Of a stretch of 64,000 bases of DNA, positions 11,201 through 24,100 are shown in pieces; position 1 is the stretch's first letter; each line of letters begins with the position of its first letter. This stretch comes from the human T2T-CHM13v2.0 reference genome, Homo sapiens. Where the stretch lies: assembly GCF_009914755.1 (NCBI RefSeq), contig NC_060943.1, one strand, 5' to 3'. The translations under genes were made by a program, and so were the position numbers. The notes beneath the pieces are model-generated. The model worked only from the letters and a program-made list of their open reading frames with translations. It searched no databases and was not told the DNA's origin.

Positions 11201-13332
11201 CAACTCACAGAGTTCAACCTTTCTTTTCATAGAGCAGTTAGGAAACACTCTGTTTGTAAAGTCTGCAAGTGGATATTCAGACATCCTTGAGGCTTTCGTT
11301 GGAAACGGGATTTCTTCATATTATGCTAGAAAGAAGAATTCTCAGTAACTTCCTTGTGTTGTGTGTATTCAACTCACAGAGTTGAACGATCCTTTACACA
11401 GAGCAGACTTGAAACACTCTTTTTGTGGAATTTGCAAGTGGAGATTTCAGCCGCTTTGAGGTCAATGGTAGAATAGGAAATATCTTCCTATAGAAACTAG
11501 ACAGAATGATTCTCAGAAACTCCTTTGTGATGTGTGCGTTCAACTCACAGAGTTTAACCTTTCTTTTCATAGAGCAGTTGGGAAACACTCTGTTTGTAAA
11601 GTCTGCAATTGGATATTCAGACATCCTTGAGGCTTTCGTTGGAAACGGGATTTCTTCATATTCTGCTAGAAAGAAGAATTCTCAGTAACTTCCTTGTGTT
11701 GTGTGTATTCAACTCACAGAGTTGAACGATCCTTTACACAGAGCAGACTTGAAACACTCCTTTTGTGGAATTTGCAAGTGGAGATTTCAGCCGCTTTGAG
11801 GTCAATGGTAGAATAGGAAATATCTTCCTATAGAAACTAGACAGAATGATTCTGAGAAATCCTTTGTGATGTGTGCGTTCAACTCACAGAGTTTAACCTT
11901 TCTTTTCATAGAGCAGTTAGGAAACACTCTGTTTTTAAAGTCTTCAAGTGGATATTCAGACCTCCTTGAGGCCTTCGTTGGAAACGGGATTTCTTCATAT
12001 TATGCTAGACAGAGGAATTCTCAGGAACTTCCTTGTGTTGTGTGTATTCAACTCACAGAGTTGAACGATCCTTTACACAGAGCAGACTTGAAACACTCTT
12101 TTTGTGGAATTTGCAAGTGGAGATTTCAGCCGCTTTGAGTTCAATGGTAGAATAGGAAATATCTTCCTATAGAAAGTACACAGAATGATTCTCAGAAACT
12201 GCTTTGTGATGTGTGCGTTCAACTCACAGAGTTCAACCTTTCTTTTCATAGAGCAGTTGGGAAACACTCTGTTTGTAAAGTCTGCAAGTGGATATTCAGA
12301 CTTCTTTGAGGCCTTCGTTGGAAGCGGGATTTCTTCATATTCTGCTAGACAGAAGAATTCTCAGTAACTGCCTTGTGTTGTGTGTATTCAACTCACAGAG
12401 TTGAACGATCCTTTACACAGAGCAGACTTGAAACACTCTTTTTGTGGAATTTGCAAGTGGAGATTTCAGCCTCTTTGAGGTCAATGGTAGAATAGGAAAT
12501 ATCTTCCTATAGAAACTAGACAGAATGATTCTCAGAAACTCCTTTGTGATGTGTGCGTTCAACTCACAGAGTTTATCCTTTCTTTTCATAGAGCAGTTAG
12601 GAAACACTCTGTTTGTAAAGTCTGCAAGTGGATATTCAGACATCCTTGAGGCTTTCGTTGGAAACGGGATTTCTTCATATTCTGCTAGAAAGAAGAATTC
12701 TCAGTAACTTCCTTGTGTTGTGTGTATTCAACTCACAGAGTTGAACGATCCTTTACACAGAGCAGACTTGAAACACTCTTTTTGTGGAATTTGCAAGTGG
12801 AGATTTCAGCCGCTTTGAGGTCAATGGTAGAATAGGAAATATCTTCCTATAGAAACTAGACAGAATGATTCTCAGAAACTCCTTTGTGATGTGTGCGTTC
12901 AACTCACAGAGTTTAACCTTTCTTTTCATAGAGCAGTTGGGAAACACTCTGTTTGTAAAGTCTGCAAGTAGATATTCAGACATCCTTGAGGCTTTCGTTG
13001 GAAACGGGATTTCTTCATATTCTGCTAGAAAGAAGAATTCTCAGTAACTTCCTTGTGTTGTGTGTATTCAACTCACAGAGTTGAACGATCCTTTACACAG
13101 AGCAGACTTGAAACACTCTTTTTGTGGAATTTGCAAGTGGAGATTTCAGCCGCTTTGAGGTCAATGGTAGAATAGGAAATATCTTCCTATAGAAACTAGA
13201 CAGAATGATTCTCAGAAACTCCTTTGTGATGTGTGCGTTCAACTCACAGAGTTTAACCTTTCTTTTCATAGAGCAGTTGGGAAACACTCTGTTTGTAAAG
13301 TCTGCAAGTGGATATTCAGACATCCTTGAGGC

Positions 13333-13349
13333 TTTCGTTGGAAAAGGGA
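13333..13349 (+). promoter_or_regulatory. Disrupted CENP-B box
   Basis: TTTCGTTGGAAAAGGGA: CGGG is changed to AGGG. Confidence 0.85.
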
Positions 13350-13672
13350 TTTCTTCATATTCTGCTAGACAGAAGAATTCTCAGTAACTTCCTTGTGTTG
13401 TGTGTATTCAACTCACACAGTTGAACGATCCTTTACACAGAGCAGACTTGAAACACTCTTTTTGTGGAATTTGCAAGTGGAGATTTCAGCCGCTTTGAGG
13501 TAAATGGTAGAATAGGAAATATCTTCCTATAGAAAGTAGACAGAATGATTCTCAGAAACTCCTTTGTGATGTGTGCGTTCAACTCACAGAGTTTAACCTT
13601 TCTTTTCATAGAGCAGTTAGGAAACACTCTGTTTGTAAAGTCTGCAAGTGGATATTCAGACCTCCTTGAGGC

Positions 13673-13689
13673 CTTAGTTGGAAGCGGGA
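13673..13689 (+). promoter_or_regulatory. Disrupted CENP-B box
   Basis: CTTAGTTGGAAGCGGGA: TTCG is changed to TTAG. Confidence 0.85.
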
Positions 13690-16388
13690 TTTCTTCATGT
13701 TCTGCTAGACAGAAGAATTCTGAGAAACTTCCTTGTGTTGTGTGTTTTCAACTCACAGAGTTGAACGATCCTTTACACAGAGCAGACTTGAAACACTCTT
13801 TTTGTGGAATTTGCAAGTGGAGATTTCAGCCGCTTTGAGTTCAATGGTAGAATAGGAAATATCTTCCTATAGAAACTAGACAGAATGATTCTCAGAAATT
13901 CCTTTCTGATGTGTGCGTTCAACTCACAGAGTTCAACCTTTCTTTTCATAGAGCAGTTGGGAAACACTCTGTTTGTAAAGTCTGCAAGTGGATATTCAGA
14001 CTTCTTTGAGGCCTTCGTTGGAAGCGGGATTTCTTCATGTTCTGCTTGACAGAAGAATTCTCAGAAACTTCCTTGTGTTGTGTGTTTTCAACTCACAGAG
14101 TTGAACGATCCTTTACACAGAGCAGACTTGAAACACTCCTTTTGTGGAATTTGCAAGTGGAGATTTCAGCCGCTTTGAGGTCAATGGTAGAATAGGAAAT
14201 ATCTTCCTATAGAAAGTAGACAGAATGATTCTCAGAAACTCCTTTGTGATGTGTGCGTTCAACTCACAGAGTTTAACCTTTCTTTTCATAGAGCAGTTAG
14301 GAAACACTCTGTTTGTAAAGTCTGCAAGTGGATATTCAGACCTCCTTGAGGCCTTCGTTGGAAACGGGATTTCTTCATATTATGCTAGACAGAAGAATTC
14401 TCAGTAACTTCCTTGTGTTGTGTGTATTCAACTCACAGAGTTGAACGATCCTTTACACAGAGCAGACTTGAAACACTCTTTTTTTGGAATTTGCAAGTGG
14501 AGATTTCAGCCGCTGTGAGTTCAATGGTAGAATAGGAAATATCTTCCTATAGAAACTAGACAGAATGATTCTCAGAAACTCCTTTGTGATGTGTGCGTTC
14601 AACTCACAGAGTTCAACCTTTCTTTTCATAGAGCAGTTGGGAAACACTCTGTTTGTAAAGTCTGCAAGTGGATATTCAGACTTCTTTGAGGCCTTCGTTG
14701 GAAGCGGGATTTCTTCATATTCTGCTAGACAGAAGAATTCTCAGTAACTGCCTTGTGTTGTGTGTATTCAACTCACAGAGTTGAACGATCCTTTACACAG
14801 AGCAGACTTGAAACACTCTTTTTGTGGAATTTGCAAGTGGAGATTTCAGCCGTTTTGAGGTCAATGGTAGAATAGGAAATATCTTCCTATAGAAACTAGA
14901 CAGAATGATTCTCAGAAACTCCTTTGTGATGTGTGCGTTCAACTCACAGAGTTTAACCTTTCTTTTCATAGAGCAGTTAGGAAACACTCTGTTTGTAAAG
15001 TCTGCAAGTGGATATTCAGACCTCCTTGAGGCCTTCGTTGGAAACGGGATTTCTTCATATTATGCTAGACAGAAGAATTCTCAGTAACTTCCTTGTGTTG
15101 TGTGTATTCAACTCACAGAGTTGAACGATCCTTTACACAGAGCAGACTTGAAACACTCTTTTTGTGGAATTTGCAAGTGGAGATTTCAGCCGCTTTGAGG
15201 TCAATGGTAGAATAGGAAATATCTTCCTATAGAAACTAGACAGAATGATTCTCAGAAACTCCTTTGTGATGTGTGCGTTCAACTCACAGAGTTCAACCTT
15301 TCTTTTCATAGAGCAGTTGGGATACACTCTGTTTGTAAAGTCTGCAAGTGGATATTCAGACTTCTTTGAGGCCTTCGTTGGAAGCGGGATTTCTTCATAT
15401 TCTGCTAGACAGAAGAATTCTCAGTAACTGCCTTGTGTTGTGTGTATTCAACTCACAGAGTTGAACGATCCTTTACACAGAGCAGACTTGAAACACTCTT
15501 TTTGTGGAATTTGCAAGTGGAGGTTTCAGCCGCTTTGAGGTCAATGGTAGAATAGGAAATATCTTCCTATAGAAACTAGACAGAATGATTCTCAGAAACT
15601 CCTTTGTGATGTGTGCGTTCAACTCACAGAGTTTAACCTTTCTTTTCATAGAGCAGTTAGGAAACACTCTGTAAAGTCTGCAAGTGGATATTCAGACATC
15701 CTTGAGGCTTTCGTTGGAAACGGGATTTCTTCATATTCTGCTAGAAAGAAGAATTCTCAGTAACTTCCTTGTGTTGTGTGTATTCAACTCACAGAGTTGA
15801 ACGATCCTTTACACAGAGCAGACTTGAAACACTCTTTTTGTGGAATTTGCAAGTGGAGATTTCAGCCGCTTTGAGGTCAATGGTAGAATAGGAAATATCT
15901 TCCTATAGAAACTAGACAGAATGATTCTCAGAAACTCCTTTGTGATGTGTGCGTTCAACTCACAGAGTTTAACCTTTCTTTTCATAGAGCAGTTGGGAAA
16001 CACTCTGTTTGTAAAGTCTGCAAGTAGATATTCAGACATCCTTGAGGCTTTCGTTGGAAACGGGATTTCTTCATATTCTGCTAGAAAGAAGAATTCTCAG
16101 TAACTTCCTTGTGTTGTGTGTATTCAACTCACAGAGTTGAACGATCCTTTACACAGAGCAGACTTGAAACACTCTTTTTGTGGAATTTGCAAGTGGAGAT
16201 TTCAGCCGCTTTGAGGTCAATGGTAGAATAGGAAATATCTTCCTATAGAAACTAGACAGAATGATTCTCAGAAACTCCTTTGTGATGTGTGCGTTCAACT
16301 CACAGAGTTTAACCTTTCTTTTCATTGAGCAGTTGGGAAACACTCTGTTTGTAAAGTCTGCAAGTGGATATTCAGACATCCTTGAGGC

Positions 16389-16405
16389 TTTCGTTGGAAA
16401 AGGGA
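16389..16405 (+). promoter_or_regulatory. Disrupted CENP-B box (duplicate of the 13333 variant)
   Basis: TTTCGTTGGAAAAGGGA, exactly 3056 bp downstream of the identical variant at 13333. Confidence 0.85.
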
Positions 16406-18185
16406 TTTCTTCATATTCTGCTAGAAAGAAGAATTCTCAGTAACTTCCTTGTGTTGTGTGTATTCAACTCACAGAGTTGAACGATCCTTTACACAGAGCA
16501 GACTTGAAACACTCTTTTTGTGGAATTTGCAAGTGGAGATTTCAGCCGCTTTGAGGTCAATGGTAGAATAGGAAATATCTTCCTATAGAAACTAGACAGA
16601 ATGATTCTCAGAAACTCCTTTGTGATGTGTGCGTTCAACTCACACAGTTTAACCTTTCTTTTCATAGAGCAGTTAGGAAACACTCTGTTTGTAAAGTCTG
16701 CAAGTGGATATTCAGACCTCCTTGAGGCCTTCGTTGGAAACGGGATTTCTTCATATTATGCTAGACAGAAGAATTCTCAGTAACTTCCTTGTGTTGTGTG
16801 TATTCAACTCACAGAGTTGAACGATCCTTTACACAGAGCAGACTTGAAACACTCTTTTTGTGGAATTTGCAAGTGGAGATTTCAGCCGCTTTGAGTTCAA
16901 TGGTAGAATAGGAAATATCTTCCTATAGAAACTAGACAGAATGATTCTCAGAAACTCCTTTGTGATGTGTGCGTTCAACTCACAGAGTTCAAACTTTCTT
17001 TTCATAGAGCAGTTGGGAAACACTCTGTTTGTAAAGTCTGCAAGTGGATATTCAGACTTCTTTGAGGCCTTCGTTGGAAGCGGGATTTCTTCATGTTCTG
17101 CTAGACAGAAGAATTCTCAGAAACTTCCTTGTGTTGTGTGTTTTCAACTCACAGAGTTGAACGATCCTTTACACAGAGCAGACTTGAAACACTCCTTTTG
17201 TGGAATTTGCAAGTGGAGATTTCAGCCGCTTTGTCAATGGTAGAATAGGAAATATCTTCCTATAGAAAGTAGACAGAATGATTCTCAGAAACTCCTTTGT
17301 GATGTGTGCGTTCAACTCACAGAGTTTAACCTTTCTTTTCATAGAGCAGTTAGGAAACACTCTGTTTGTAAAGTCTGCAAGTGGATATTCAGACCTCCTT
17401 GAGGCCTTCGTTGGAAACGGGATTTCTTCATATTATGCTAGACAGAAGAATTCTCAGTAACTTCCTTGTGTTGTGTGTATTCAACTCACAGAGTTGAACG
17501 ATCCTTTACACAGAGCAGACTTGAAACACTCTTTTTGTGGAATTTGCAAGTGGAGATTTCAGCCGCTGTGAGTTCAATGGTAGAATAGGAAATATCTTCC
17601 TATAGAAACTAGACAGAATGATTCTCAGAAACTCCTTTGTGATGTGTGCGTTCAACTCACAGAGTTCAACCTTTCTTTTCATAGAGCAGTTGGGAAACAC
17701 TCTGTTTGTAAAGTCTGCAAGTGGATATTCAGACTTCTTTGAGGCCTTCGTTGGAAGCGGGATTTCTTCATATTCTGCTAGACAGAAGAATTCTCAGTAA
17801 CTGCCTTGTGTTGTGTGTATTCAACTCACAGAGTTGAACGATCCTTTACACAGAGCAGACTTGAAACACTCTTTTTGTGGAATTTGCAAGTGGAGATTTC
17901 AGCCGCTTTGAGGTCAATGGTAGAATAGGAAATATCTTCCTATAGAAAGTAGACAGAGTGATTCTCAGAAACTCCTTTGTGATGTGTGCGTTCAACTCAC
18001 AGAGTTTAACCTTTCTTTTCATAGAGCAGATAGGAAACACTCTGTTTGTAAAGTCTGCAAGTGGATATTCAGACCTCCTTGAGGCCTTCGTTGGAAACGG
18101 GATTTCTTCATATTATGCTAGACAGAAGAATTCTCAGTAACTTCCTTGTGTTGTGTGTATTCAACTCACAGAGTTGAATGATCCT

Positions 18186-21100
18186 TTACACAGAGCAGAC
18201 TTGAAACACTCTTTTTGTGGAATTTGCAAGTGGAGATTTCAGCCGCTGTGAGTTCAATGGTAGAATAGGAAATATCTTCCTATAGAAACTAGACAGAATG
18301 ATTCTCAGAAACTCCTTTGTGATGTGTGCGTTCAACTCACAGAGTTCAACCTTTCTTTTCATAGAGCAGTTGGGAAACACTCTGTTTGTAAAGTCTGCAA
18401 GTGGATATTCAGACTTCTTTGAGGCCTTCGTTGGAAGCGGGATTTCTTCATATTCTGCTAGACAGAAGAATTCTCAGTAACTGCCTTGTGTTGTGTGTAT
18501 TCAACTCACAGAGTTGAACGATCCTTTACACAGAGCAGACTTGAAACACTCTTTTTGTGGAATTTGCAAGTGGAGATTTCAGCCGCTTTGAGGTCAATGG
18601 TAGAATAGGAAATATCTTCCTATAGAAACTAGACAGAATGATTCTCAGAAACTCCTTTGTGATGTGTGCGTTCAACTCACAGAGTTTAACCTTTCTTTTC
18701 ATAGAGCCGTTAGGAAACACTCTGATTGTAAAGTCTGCAAGTGGATATTCAGACCTCCTTGAGGCCTTCGTTGGAAACGGGATTTCTTCATATTATGCTA
18801 GACAGAAGAATTCTCAGTAACTTCCTTGTGTTGTGTGTATTCAACTCACAGAGTTGAACGATCCTTTACACAGAGCAGACTTGAAACACTCTTTTTGTGG
18901 AATTTGCAAGTGGAGATTTCAGCCGCTTTGAGTTCAATGGTAGAATAGGAAATATCTTCCTATAGAAACTAGACAGAATGATTCTCAGAAACTCCTTTGT
19001 GATGCGTGCGTTCAACTCACAGAGTTCAACCTTTCTTTTCATAGAGCAGTTGGGAAACACTCTGTTTGTAAAGTCTGCAAGTGGATATTCAGACTTCTTT
19101 GAGGCCTTCGTTGGAAGCGGGATTTCTTCATATTCTGCTAGACAGAAGAATTCTCAGTAACTTTCTTGTGTTGTGTGTATTCAACTCACAGAGTTGAACG
19201 ATCCTTTACACAGAGCAGACTTGAAACACTCTTTTTGTGGAATTTGCAAGTGGAGATTTCAGCCGCTTTGAGGTCAATGGTAGAATAGGAAATATCTTCC
19301 TATAGAAACTAGACAGAATGATTCTCAGAAACTCCTTTGTGATGTGTGCGTTCAACTCACAGAGTTTAACCTTTCTTTTCATAGAGCAGTTAGGAAACAC
19401 TCTGTTTGTAAAGTCTGCAAGTGGATATTCAGACATCCTTGAGGCTTTCGTTGGAAACGGGATTTCTTCATATTCTGCTAGAAAGAAGAATTCTCAGTAA
19501 CTTCCTTGTGTTGTGTGTATTCAACTCACAGAGTTGAACGATCCTTTACACAGAGCAGACTTGAAACACTCCTTTTGTGGAATTTGCAAGTGGAGATTTC
19601 AGCCGCTTTGAGGTCAATGGTAGAATAGGAAATATCTTCCTATAGAAACTAGACAGAATGATTCTCAGAAACTCCTTTGTGATGTGTGCGTTCAACTCAC
19701 AGAGTTTAACCTTTCTTTTCATAGAGCAGTTGGGAAACACTGTTTGTAAAGTCTGCAAGTGGATATTCAGACATCCTTGATGCTTTCGTTGGAAACGGGA
19801 TTTCTTCATATTCTGCTAGAAAGAAGAATTCTCAGTAACTTCCTTGTGTTGTGTGTATTCAACTCACAGAGTTGCACGATCCTTTACACAGAGCAGACTT
19901 GAAACACTCTTTTTGTGGAATTTGCAAGTGGAGATTTCAGCCGCTTTGAGGTCAATGGTAGAATAGGAAATATCTTCCTATAGAAACTAGACAGAATGAT
20001 TCTCAGAAACTCCTTTGTGATGTGTGCGTTCAACTCACAGAGTTCAACCTTTCTTTTCATAGAGCAGTTGGGAAACACTCTGTAAAGTCTGCAAGTGGAT
20101 ATTCAGACTTCTTTGAGGCCTTCGTTGGAAGCGGGATTTCTTCATATTCTGCTAGACAGAAGAATTCTCAGTAACTGCCTTGTGTTGTGTGTATTCAACT
20201 CACAGAGTTGAACGATCCTTTACACAGAGCAGACTTGAAACACTCTTTTTGTGGAATTTGCAAGTGGAGATTTCAGCCGCTTTGAGGTCAATGGTAGAAT
20301 AGGAAATATCTTCCTATAGAAACTAGACAGAATGATTCTCAGAAACTCCTTTGTGATGTGTGCGTTCAACTCACAGAGTTTACCCTTTCTTTTCATAGAG
20401 CAGTTAGGAAACACTCTGTTTGTAAAGTCTGCAAGTGGATATTCAGACATCCTTGAGGCTTTCGTTGGAAACGGGATTTCTTCATATTCTGCCAGAAAGA
20501 AGAATTCTCAGTAACTTCCTTGTGTTGTGTGTATTCAACTCACAGAGTTGAACGATCCTTTACACAGAGCAGACTTGAAACACTCTTTTTGTGGAATTTG
20601 CAAGTGGAGATTTCAGCCGCTTTGAGGTCAATGGTAGAATAGGAAATATCTTCCTATAGAAACTAGACAGAATGATTCTCAGAAACTCCTTTGTGATGTG
20701 TGCGTTCAACTCACAGAGTTTAACCTTTCTTTTCATAGAGCAGTTAGGAAACACTCTGTTTGTAAAGTCTGCAAGTGGATATTCAGACCTCCTTGAGGCC
20801 TTCGTTGGAAACGGGATTTCTTCATATTATGCTAGACAGAAGAATTCTCAGTAACTTCCTTGTGTTGTGTGTATTCAACTCACAGAGTTGAACGATCCTT
20901 TACACAGAGCAGACTTGAAACACTCTTTTTGTGGAATTTGCAAGTGGAGATTTCAGCCGCTTTGAGTTCAATGGTAGAATAGGAAATATCTTCCTATAGA
21001 AACTAGACAGAATGATTCTCAGAAACTCCTTTGTGATGCGTGCGTTCAACTCACAGAGTTCAACCTTTCTTTTCATAGAGCAGTTGGGAAACACTCTGTT

Positions 21101-24100
21101 TGTAAAGTCTGCAAGTGGATATTCAGACTTCTTTGAGGCCTTCGTTGGAAGCGGGATTTCTTCATATTCTGCTAGACAGAAGAATTCTCAGTAACTTCCT
21201 TGTGTTGTGTGTATTCAACTCACAGAGTTGAACGATCCTTTACACAGAGCAGACTTGAAACACTCTTTTTGTGGAATTTGCAAGTGGAGATTTCAGCCGC
21301 TTTGAGGTCAATGGTAGAATAGGAAATATCTTCCTATAGAAACTAGACAGAATGATTCTCAGAAACTCCTTTGTGATGTGTGCGTTCAACTCACAGAGTT
21401 TAACCTTTCTTTTCATAGAGCAGTTAGGAAACACTCTGTTTGTTAAGTCTGCAAGTGGATATTCAGACATCCTTGAGGCTTTCGTTGGAAACGGGATTTC
21501 TTCATATTCTGCTAGAAAGAAGAATTCTCAGTAACTTCCTTGTGTTGTGTGTATTCAACTCACAGAGTTGAACGATCCTTTACACAGAGCAGACTTGAAA
21601 CACTCCTTTTGTGGAATTTGCAAGTGGAGATTTCAGCCGCTTTGAGGTCAATGGTAGAATAGGAAATATCTTCCTATAGAAACTAGACAGAATGATTCTC
21701 AGAAACTCCTTTGTGATGTGTGCGTTCAACTCACAGAGTTTAACCTTTCTTTTCATAGAGCAGTTGGGAAACACTGTTTGTAAAGTCTGCAAGTGGATAT
21801 TCAGACATCCTTGATGCTTTCGTTGGAAACGGGATTTCTTCATATTCTGCTAGAAAGAAGAATTCTCAGTAACTTCCTTGTGTTGTGTGTATTCAACTCA
21901 CAGAGTTGCACGATCCTTTACACAGAGCAGACTTGAAACACTCTTTTTGTGGAATTTGCAAGTGGAGATTTCAGCCGCTTTGAGGTCAATGGTAGAATAG
22001 GAAATATCTTCCTATAGAAACTAGACAGAATGATTCTCAGAAACTCCTTTGTGATGTGTGCGTTCAACTCACAGAGTTCAACCTTTCTTTTCATAGAGCA
22101 GTTGGGAAACACTCTGTAAAGTCTGCAAGTGGATATTCAGACTTCTTTGAGGCCTTCGTTGGAAGCGGGATTTCTTCATATTCTGCTAGACAGAAGAATT
22201 CTCAGTAACTGCCTTGTGTTGTGTGTATTCAACTCACAGAGTTGAACGATCCTTTACACAGAGCAGACTTGAAACACTCTTTTTGTGGAATTTGCAAGTG
22301 GAGATTTCAGCCGCTTTGAGGTCAATGGTAGAATAGGAAATATCTTCCTATAGAAACTAGACAGAATGATTCTCAGAAACTCCTTTGTGATGTGTGCGTT
22401 CAACTCACAGAGTTTACCCTTTCTTTTCATAGAGCAGTTAGGAAACACTCTGTTTGTAAAGTCTGCAAGTGGATATTCAGACATCCTTGAGGCTTTCGTT
22501 GGAAACGGGATTTCTTCATATTCTGCCAGAAAGAAGAATTCTCAGTAACTTCCTTGTGTTGTGTGTATTCAACTCACAGAGTTGAACGATCCTTTACACA
22601 GAGCAGACTTGAAACACTCTTTTTGTGGAATTTGCAAGTGGAGATTTCAGCCGCTGTGAGTTCAATGGTAGAATAGGAAATATCTTCCTATAGAAACTAG
22701 ACAGAATGATTCTCAGAAACTCCTTTGTGATGTGTGCGTTCAACTCACAGAGTTCAACCTTTCTTTTCATAGAGCAGTTGGGAAACACTCTGTTTGTAAA
22801 GTCTGCAAGTGGATATTCAGACTTCTTTGAGGCCTTCGTTGGAAGCGGGATTTCTTCATATTCTGCTAGACAGAAGAATTCTCAGTAACTGCCTTGTGTT
22901 GTGTGTATTCAACTCACAGAGTTGAACGATCCTTTACACAGAGCAGACTTGAAACACTCTTTTTGTGGAATTTGCAAGTGGAGATTTCAGCCGCTTTGAG
23001 GTCAATGGTAGAATAGGAAATATCTTCCTATAGAAACTAGACAGAATGATTCTCAGAAACTCCTTTGTGATGTGTGCGTTCAACTCACAGAGTTTAACCT
23101 TTCTTTTCATAGAGCCGTTAGGAAACACTCTGATTGTAAAGTCTGCAAGTGGATATTCAGACCTCCTTGAGGCCTTCGTTGGAAACGGGATTTCTTCATA
23201 TTATGCTAGACAGAAGAATTCTCAGTAACTTCCTTGTGTTGTGTGTATTCAACTCACAGAGTTGAACGATCCTTTACACAGAGCAGACTTGAAACACTCT
23301 TTTTGTGGAATTTGCAAGTGGAGATTTCAGCCGCTTTGAGTTCAATGGTAGAATAGGAAATATCTTCCTATAGAAACTAGACAGAATGATTCTCAGAAAC
23401 TCCTTTGTGATGCGTGCGTTCAACTCACAGAGTTCAACCTTTCTTTTCATAGAGCAGTTGGGAAACACTCTGTTTGTAAAGTCTGCAAGTGGATATTCAG
23501 ACTTCTTTGAGGCCTTCGTTGGAAGCGGGATTTCTTCATATTCTGCTAGACAGAAGAATTCTCAGTAACTTTCTTGTGTTGTGTGTATTCAACTCACAGA
23601 GTTGAACGATCCTTTACACAGAGCAGACTTGAAACACTCTTTTTGTGGAATTTGCAAGTGGAGATTTCAGCCGCTTTGAGGTCAATGGTAGAATAGGAAA
23701 TATCTTCCTATAGAAACTAGACAGAATGATTCTCAGAAACTCCTTTGTGATGTGTGCGTTCAACTCACAGAGTTTAACCTTTCTTTTCATAGAGCAGTTA
23801 GGAAACACTCTGTTTGTAAAGTCTGCAAGTGGATATTCAGACATCCTTGAGGCTTTCGTTGGAAACGGGATTTCTTCATATTCTGCTAGAAAGAAGAATT
23901 CTCAGTAACTTCCTTGTGTTGTGTGTATTCAACTCACAGAGTTGAACGATCCTTTACACAGAGCAGACTTGAAACACTCCTTTTGTGGAATTTGCAAGTG
24001 GAGATTTCAGCCGCTTTGAGGTCAATGGTAGAATAGGAAATATCTTCCTATAGAAACTAGACAGAATGATTCTCAGAAACTCCTTTGTGATGTGTGCGTT

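Larger units (their letters stand above)
12753..18500 (+). repeat. Older, diverged tandem duplication with a ~3056-bp (9-dimer) period
   Basis: CAAGTAGAT (~12970 and ~16026) and GGAAAAGGG (13345 and 16401) recur at +3056. GCTGTGAGTTC recurs at +3053 after a 3-bp deletion near 17233. The copies have many private differences. Confidence 0.7.
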
